Positions 58,539 through 64,000 of a stretch of 64,000 nucleotides of DNA are shown piece after piece (positions within the stretch are counted from its first letter, which is position 1; each line of letters opens with the position of its first letter). This stretch comes from an uncultured Zhenpiania sp. (GTDB lineage: Bacteria > Bacillota > Clostridia > Peptostreptococcales > Anaerovoracaceae), in contig CAZVBL010000004.1 in the NCBI GenBank assembly GCA_964625475.1, forward strand, positions 1,143-65,142. The letters are read 5' to 3'. A program made the position numbers and the translations under genes. The notes beneath the pieces are model-generated. The model worked only from the letters and a program-made list of their open reading frames with translations. It did no database searches and was not told the DNA's origin.

Positions 58539-58731
58539 GGATATGCCTCCTTTGTTTCAGGTCTCATCGATGGCTGCCGCATCATGCCGCAAACAAATCA
58601 TATCCCAGAAAAAATTGTTTGTACGAAGGCTTGCAGATGCAGCGAGTATTCGATATAATAGTGTTGGATTGCTGGTTGCTGTGTTGACACATTTCAGGCC
58701 ATACAGCAAACATACGGAAAGAAGTGAACCT

Positions 58732-60429
58732 ATGTATTTCGGTGTTTTGCTCATTTTTACTTTTGTATCCCTTGCAATTTCGTTTTCCTATTTTTACATG
58801 TTTTCACAGCGTGAAGAACTGTTTATGAAATACTGGGGGTTTGCCTGGTCTGCTTATTCCTGCAGCCTGTTATGTCTCGTTGTCTTCTTTCATACGGAAT
58901 TTACCCTTCTGTTGGAAGTCCGCAAAGTCATCGACATGTTCAACCTGTTGTTGCTCCTCTTTGGGGTATTCGCTTTCATGCACGCCGCAATCCCTACCTA
59001 CTGGTACAGGTTTTCCTTATACATGCTCCTCCTGGCCGGTATCTTTATTTTTTACCAGCTGGATTTGCTGTCTTATTGTCTCCCCATCAGCATGTTCCAG
59101 GTTGCCACCACCCTGGCCATCTGTTATAACGTGGCCCGGTACTGGCATATCCCCAAGCTGGAAAGGATCGTAGTTGCCGTCGTGTTTTTCCTCTGGGGCG
59201 GAACAAAGGCAGCCTTTTCCATACTGGAGCTTTTTTATGCGTCCACTTTTAACTTATATATGATAGAAATTCTCCTGTCCAACATTCTGAATTTCTGTAT
59301 TCTTGCCATATATGCCCAATACGCCCACCATGAAGTCGATCTGGCCGGGCATCTCTACCAGACCGTGGTAGAAAATGCATCGGATCTGATCTTTTACTAT
59401 CAGCTGACGCCCTACCCATCGTTCACCTATGTGACGCCCTCTGCGGAGACCCTGACCGGATATGCGCCTGGGCAATTTTATGAAAACCCCCATCTCTATC
59501 TCTATCTCGTAGGAAAAGATGATTTTCCCATCGTTGAAGATATTTTTTCCGGAAAGATTGACAGCGACGAAGGGCAAATCGTCCAAATCGTCAAAAAAGA
59601 CGGAACGCTCTTCTGGGGGGAGCTCAAGGTCACCATTATCAAAGACAAGAACGACCAGTCCATTGCGGTAGAAGGAAGCTTAAGGGACATCACCGCTATG
59701 AAATCCGCACAGCTGGCTCAGATACAAGCGAAACGTTCGCGCGACCTGCTCCTGTCCTATATCTCCCATGAATTGCGCACGCCGATCACCTCCATCGCCG
59801 GATACCTGACAGCCTTGGAGGAAGGAGTCATCGACAGCGAAGATGACGTCAGGGAAGCCATGGAAATCATTACGACCCAGACCCTTCTGCTGAAAAAACT
59901 CATCGATGATTTGGATCAACTCTCCAAGCTGGAGATGCATCAGTTTTCTTTTTCATTCATGACCTACCCTGTGGCCGATATCGTCCAGCGTCTGATGCGG
60001 GAATACGATGCCATCATCCGCATGGCGGACCGCCATAGGACGACTGTGGCATACAGCAAAGAGGAAATGGATGATCGATGGATCGTGGCGGACGAGGCCA
60101 GGATCAGCCAAGTGTTTTCCAATCTGCTGAACAATGCCATCAAATATTCCGGGGCGGAAGATTCCATTTCTGTCCTTTTCCATATCGATGAACAGAAAGA
60201 TGCCTTTCTCGTCAGCATCGCCAACACCGGCCAAGGCATCGCACCCGAGGATCTTCCCCATATCTTCGACCGATTTTATCAGGCTGACAGCCGTAAAAAA
60301 TCCGGACGCGGCCTTGGACTCGCTATTTCCAGTGAAATCATCAAGGCCCACAATGGTACCATTCATGCGCAAAGCGAAGAAGGAAAAAGCACGGTATTTA
60401 CATTTACGATTCCACTGTACAATATATAA
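58732..60429 (+). CDS. Multi-TM PAS histidine kinase
   Basis: About 7 TMs, PAS domain (YVTPSAETLTGY), ISHELRTP, NLLNNAIKY, GRGLGLAI; TTGCAG-17-TATAAT promoter at 58631-58659. Confidence 0.93.
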   Translation: MYFGVLLIFTFVSLAISFSYFYMFSQREELFMKYWGFAWSAYSCSLLCLVVFFHTEFTLLLEVRKVIDMFNLLLLLFGVFAFMHAAIPTYWYRFSLYMLLLAGIFIFYQLDLLSYCLPISMFQVATTLAICYNVARYWHIPKLERIVVAVVFFLWGGTKAAFSILELFYASTFNLYMIEILLSNILNFCILAIYAQYAHHEVDLAGHLYQTVVENASDLIFYYQLTPYPSFTYVTPSAETLTGYAPGQFYENPHLYLYLVGKDDFPIVEDIFSGKIDSDEGQIVQIVKKDGTLFWGELKVTIIKDKNDQSIAVEGSLRDITAMKSAQLAQIQAKRSRDLLLSYISHELRTPITSIAGYLTALEEGVIDSEDDVREAMEIITTQTLLLKKLIDDLDQLSKLEMHQFSFSFMTYPVADIVQRLMREYDAIIRMADRHRTTVAYSKEEMDDRWIVADEARISQVFSNLLNNAIKYSGAEDSISVLFHIDEQKDAFLVSIANTGQGIAPEDLPHIFDRFYQADSRKKSGRGLGLAISSEIIKAHNGTIHAQSEEGKSTVFTFTIPLYNI

Positions 60430-60443
60430 GGAGGTTGTTTTCA

Positions 60444-61178
60444 ATGGCCAGAGAAAAAATTTTAGTCGTAGACGATGAACACGCAATCAACAAATTGATA
60501 TGTTCCTATCTGGTAAAGGAACAATTTTCCGCCCTTTCCGCCTATAGCGGCAAGCAGGCCCTGGAATTGTTGCGGAAGGACAACCCTGACATGATCATCC
60601 TGGACATCATGCTCCCTGACATGGAAGGTCCGGAACTATGTCTGGAAATCCGCAAGACCAGCAATGCGCCCATTATTTTCCTCAGCTGCAAAACCCAGGA
60701 AATCGATAAAATCATCGCCCTTTCCTCAGGAGGAGACGACTATATGACAAAACCATTCATGCCCGGCGAGCTGGTGGCGCGCATAAAAGCGCACCTGCGC
60801 AGGCAAAACGTCCTCAGCGCCCAAATGTCCCAGTCGCCCGAAAACAACATCCGCGAGTTCGAAGGGCTGACCGTTGACCTCGACACGCACGAAGTATTCC
60901 TGGAGGGAAACCCTGTAAGCATCACCACGAAAGAATTTGAAATCCTCCGGCTACTGATAGAAAATCCCCGCAAAGTCTTTTCCGCGCAGCAAATCTTTGA
61001 GACTGTCTGGAAATCCACCTGCATGGAAAGCGGCGCCAAAACGGCGAGCGTCCATATCAGCACCCTGCGGAAAAAGCTGGAAAGCCATCCGGCCAGTCCT
61101 CAGTACATCATCACCGTGCGAGGGGTTGGTTATAAGTTTAACCAGACCCTTTCCCATCGAGATCCCGGGAACCCTTGA
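60444..61178 (+). CDS. OmpR-family response regulator
   Basis: ILVVDDE, ILDIMLP, GDDYMTKPF, ITVRGVGYKF. Confidence 0.95.
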   Translation: MAREKILVVDDEHAINKLICSYLVKEQFSALSAYSGKQALELLRKDNPDMIILDIMLPDMEGPELCLEIRKTSNAPIIFLSCKTQEIDKIIALSSGGDDYMTKPFMPGELVARIKAHLRRQNVLSAQMSQSPENNIREFEGLTVDLDTHEVFLEGNPVSITTKEFEILRLLIENPRKVFSAQQIFETVWKSTCMESGAKTASVHISTLRKKLESHPASPQYIITVRGVGYKFNQTLSHRDPGNP

Positions 61179-61413
61179 GCAAGGGCTGCCTGCCCCACCT
61201 GGTGCGCCATGCGTAGAAAAGCACGCACGCCATGTAAAACCAGCAGCAGATTACATATCCGTAAAGGAACGGCATTCCCAGTACAAAAGGATATACCCTG
61301 TTCCGAACAAAAAATATCCCCGGGAACTCCACTGCGCAAAACCCTGCGGCAAGCAACGCCCATACGATGACAGTTCGTTTGTGCATCCTGCCTTTTTGCG
61401 TCTTCCTATTCAC
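61138..61413 (-). CDS. Small membrane protein, DUF3311-like symporter partner
   Basis: RBS AAGGAGG with GTG 61413; EFPG..RVYPFVLGMPFLYGY..CW. Confidence 0.7.
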   Translation of the reverse strand: MNRKTQKGRMHKRTVIVWALLAAGFCAVEFPGIFFVRNRVYPFVLGMPFLYGYVICCWFYMACVLFYAWRTRWGRQPLLKGSRDLDGKGSG

Positions 61414-61548
61414 GATGCGCCTCCTTTTGCATTCCATGCGGTGCGCTGATAACACAAAAAGCAGCGACCCCTGCGGGATGGAAAATTTTCCTTCAATTTC
61501 CCATGCTTTTTCCCCTCCTGCGTCCCGCATTTTCATTCCCTTTCCTAC

Positions 61549-61578
61549 AGTATACTGGAAACAGCCGGATTTCTCAAG
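61549..61578 (-). repeat. 30-bp direct repeat copy 2, a sigma-A promoter
   Basis: Minus strand TTGAGA-AATCCGGCTGTTTCCAG-TATACT. Confidence 0.85.
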
Positions 61579-61603
61579 GGAAAACATGACAATCCCAAAG
61601 CTG

Positions 61604-64000
61604 TCACGCCTTTTCCCCAGCCGCCATTTCCCCGCCCTCGCAGGCGGTTTCCAGAAATTCCAGGATTTCCGGCAGTTTCTTCCCCTTGCCCGGCAAAAAG
61701 CGCAAAAATGGTTTCACGCCTCCGTGGATCAAAGCCCTGGCTCCGTATTTGGCCGACAGAGCGGCCAGGGAACCTGAGTTGAGCGCATTGTTCCGGCCAA
61801 AGTCGAACACGACTTTGTTTCCTTCCTCATGGATCCTGACAACCTGCAGTTTCTCCGCAGCGGCGCGAATCCGGGAAACGGCAATCAGGTTCATCGTGGC
61901 CTGTGGGATTTCACCGAACCGATCGATCAACTCATCGATGGTTTCCTCTTCGTCCGCTGCGGTTTCAATGGAAGCGATTTTCTTGTACATCTGCAGCTTC
62001 AGCACTTCATCGGCGATGTAGCGATCCGGAATCAGCGCGTTCACATTAAGTTCGATGGAAGTTTTCTCCCCTTCCGGCGCAACCTTTTCTCCTCTCAGGC
62101 TTCGCACCGCATCCTCCACCAGCTTGCAGTAAAGCTCGTATCCAACGTTCATCATGTGGCCGTGCTGCTCCGTTCCCAGCAGGTTTCCGGCTCCCCGGAT
62201 CTCCAGATCGCGCATTGCCACTTTGAACCCTGCTCCAAACTCGGTAAATTCCCGGATGGCTCGCAGCCGTTTTTCCGCCACTTCCGAAAGGCACTTGTCC
62301 TTTTGGAACATGAGGTAGGCGTAGGCCATTCGGTTGGATCGCCCTACCCGGCCGCACAGCTGGTACAACTGGGAAAGGCCGAACCGATCCGCATCCAGGA
62401 TGATCATGGTGTTGACGTTGGGAATGTCGATGCCCGATTCGATGATGGTCGTTGCCACCAGCACGTTGCTCTCGCCCTGGACGAACCCCATGATCACGTC
62501 TTCCAAATGGCGTTCGTTCATCTGCCCATGCCCTACGGCTATTTTGGCATGAGGCACCAGTTCTTCAATATGGGCTGCGACCCGATTGATGCCCTTGACC
62601 CGATTGAACACCACATAGACCTGACCACCCCGATCCAGTTCTTTTTCGATGGCATCCTGTATCAGGGCATCCTCCTGCTCCAGCACATAAGTCTGAACCG
62701 GGTACCGATCTTCCGGCGGCTTGCTGATGATGCTCATGTCCTTGATTCCCGCCAGGGACATGTGAAGGGTTCTGGGAATGGGCGTGGCGGAAAGGGTCAA
62801 CACGTCCACGTTTTTTTTCCATTGTTTGATGATTTCCTTGTGTTCCACGCCAAACCGCTGCTCTTCATCGACTACCAGAAGCCCCAGATCCTTGAACTTC
62901 ATGTCTTTGGAAAGGAGCCGGTGGGTTCCGATGACCACATCGATGCTGCCTTTGGCAAGACCCTGCACAATCGCCTTTTGCTGGGCATCCGTCCGAAATC
63001 GGGAGAGCATTTCCACTTTGAAGGGAAACGTCTCGAACCGCTCCCGCAGGGTATAGTAGTGCTGGTTGGCCAGGATGGTGGTGGGCACCAGGACAGCCGC
63101 CTGCTTTCCATCGGCAACGCATTTGAACATGGCTCTCGCCGCCACTTCCGTCTTGCCAAACCCCACGTCTCCGCAGAGCAGCCGATCCATGGCCGTATCC
63201 TTTTCCATGTCCTTTTTGATTTCTTCGATGCAGCGAAGCTGGTCATCGGTCTCCTCGTAGGGAAAGCTGTCCTCAAACTCCCGTTGCCATACGGTGTCCG
63301 GCGAAAAGGCATGGCCTTTCTCTACCTGACGAGCTGCGGAAACTTCCAGCAATTCCATCGCCATGCTGGCAATGGCGGCTTTGGCTTTCGTCTTTGTGAC
63401 CTTCCACTCGCTGCCGGAAAGCTTGTTCAGCTTGGGGGATCCGGCATCGGCTCCCACATATTTCTGGACCCGATCCATCTGCTCCACCGGCACATAGAGC
63501 ATGTCTTTCCCGCTGTATTTGATTTTCAGGTAATCCTTTTTCACCTTCTGGACGGTGAGCTGCTGGATGCCGAGGAACTTACCGATTCCGTGGTCTTCAT
63601 GCACCACATAATCCCCCTTCTGCATGTCCGCAAAGGAGCGAATCGGCTGGCTCAAATCGCGGGAAGGCTTCTTCCTCCGTCTTTTCTTTCTCGGAACGCC
63701 GAAAATGTCGCCATCCCAGATGTAACAGAATTTTTCTTTTGGAAAATCGATGCCGCCGGTCAGTTCCCCTGTTTTCACCCATACCCTGGACAGGAGGCCG
63801 GCACGATCCAAAAACTCTTCCATGTTGGAAGCCCGTTCCTGGCTGGCGCAGACGATGGTCACTTTGTAGCCTTGTTTCAAATATGCCTTGATTTCCGTCT
63901 CCAGCAGATCCATTTTGCCGTTGAACAGGAGCGTGGGCTTGCTGATGACGCTGCGAACCTCCGCAAAGGATTCCACGCCCTTGATGACCCTTTGCAGCGG
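61604..64000 (-). CDS. mfd: Transcription-repair coupling factor, 5' end outside the window
   Basis: CarD-like RID (VVHEDHGIG), GDVGFGKT, DEEQRF, SATPIPRT, GFKVAMRDLEIRGAGNLLG, TRCF domain. Confidence 0.98.
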   Translation of the reverse strand, partial: PLQRVIKGVESFAEVRSVISKPTLLFNGKMDLLETEIKAYLKQGYKVTIVCASQERASNMEEFLDRAGLLSRVWVKTGELTGGIDFPKEKFCYIWDGDIFGVPRKKRRRKKPSRDLSQPIRSFADMQKGDYVVHEDHGIGKFLGIQQLTVQKVKKDYLKIKYSGKDMLYVPVEQMDRVQKYVGADAGSPKLNKLSGSEWKVTKTKAKAAIASMAMELLEVSAARQVEKGHAFSPDTVWQREFEDSFPYEETDDQLRCIEEIKKDMEKDTAMDRLLCGDVGFGKTEVAARAMFKCVADGKQAAVLVPTTILANQHYYTLRERFETFPFKVEMLSRFRTDAQQKAIVQGLAKGSIDVVIGTHRLLSKDMKFKDLGLLVVDEEQRFGVEHKEIIKQWKKNVDVLTLSATPIPRTLHMSLAGIKDMSIISKPPEDRYPVQTYVLEQEDALIQDAIEKELDRGGQVYVVFNRVKGINRVAAHIEELVPHAKIAVGHGQMNERHLEDVIMGFVQGESNVLVATTIIESGIDIPNVNTMIILDADRFGLSQLYQLCGRVGRSNRMAYAYLMFQKDKCLSEVAEKRLRAIREFTEFGAGFKVAMRDLEIRGAGNLLGTEQHGHMMNVGYELYCKLVEDAVRSLRGEKVAPEGEKTSIELNVNALIPDRYIADEVLKLQMYKKIASIETAADEEETIDELIDRFGEIPQATMNLIAVSRIRAAAEKLQVVRIHEEGNKVVFDFGRNNALNSGSLAALSAKYGARALIHGGVKPFLRFLPGKGKKLPEILEFLETACEGGEMAAGEKA

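Noticed and set aside
62330-62375. Mfd motif VI reads QLCGRVGR instead of QLRGRVGR
   Set aside because: A single C-to-T change at an x position of QxxGRxGR; may be a polymorphism or a sequencing error
114-63782. Numerous long antisense or overlapping ORFs in the track (e.g. 9809-10864, 23218-24420, 33000-34136, 40790-42439)
   Set aside because: Shadow ORFs of well-supported genes in GC-rich DNA, with no RBS or family motifs

Overview
A 64-kb chromosomal segment from a spore-forming Clostridia-type firmicute (the lineage is inferred from the spoIIAA-spoIIAB-sigF operon, sigma-K-type promoters and the dgt-dnaG-rpoD-trmK-nif3-rnpB synteny). Most genes run on the minus strand. Core functions: dnaG/rpoD, rnpB, a probable 6S RNA, nifS-nifU, thiI with its desulfurase, pyk, gpmI, fabF, recQ, dut and mfd (partial). 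Accessory modules: a Bce-type TCS-ABC unit, a Schlafen/AlbA_2-domain gene, a TRAP transporter with a YdiB-like dehydrogenase, secreted FN3 proteins, and two sodium:solute symporters with a TCS. There is no integrase, transposase, cas gene, rRNA or tRNA. Most notable: (1) a two-gene split catalase-fold operon in which the proximal heme ligand Tyr and its partner Arg are replaced by His and Met, driven by a sigma-K-consensus promoter whose -10 nonamer is identical to that of a nearby Cys-rich CsxA/CdeC-like spore protein gene; (2) a dense DnaA-box cluster with no dnaA nearby, beside an orphan hybrid kinase; (3) an 8-kb transporter/TCS block bounded by 30-bp direct repeats that are themselves sigma-A promoters; (4) a G9 tract inside a promoter spacer of a secreted protein; (5) a repeat-spacer-repeat unit resembling type I-E CRISPR repeats; (6) a 45-codon ORF with a strong RBS ahead of mntP. 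All family assignments come from motifs I recognised by eye; no searches were run.
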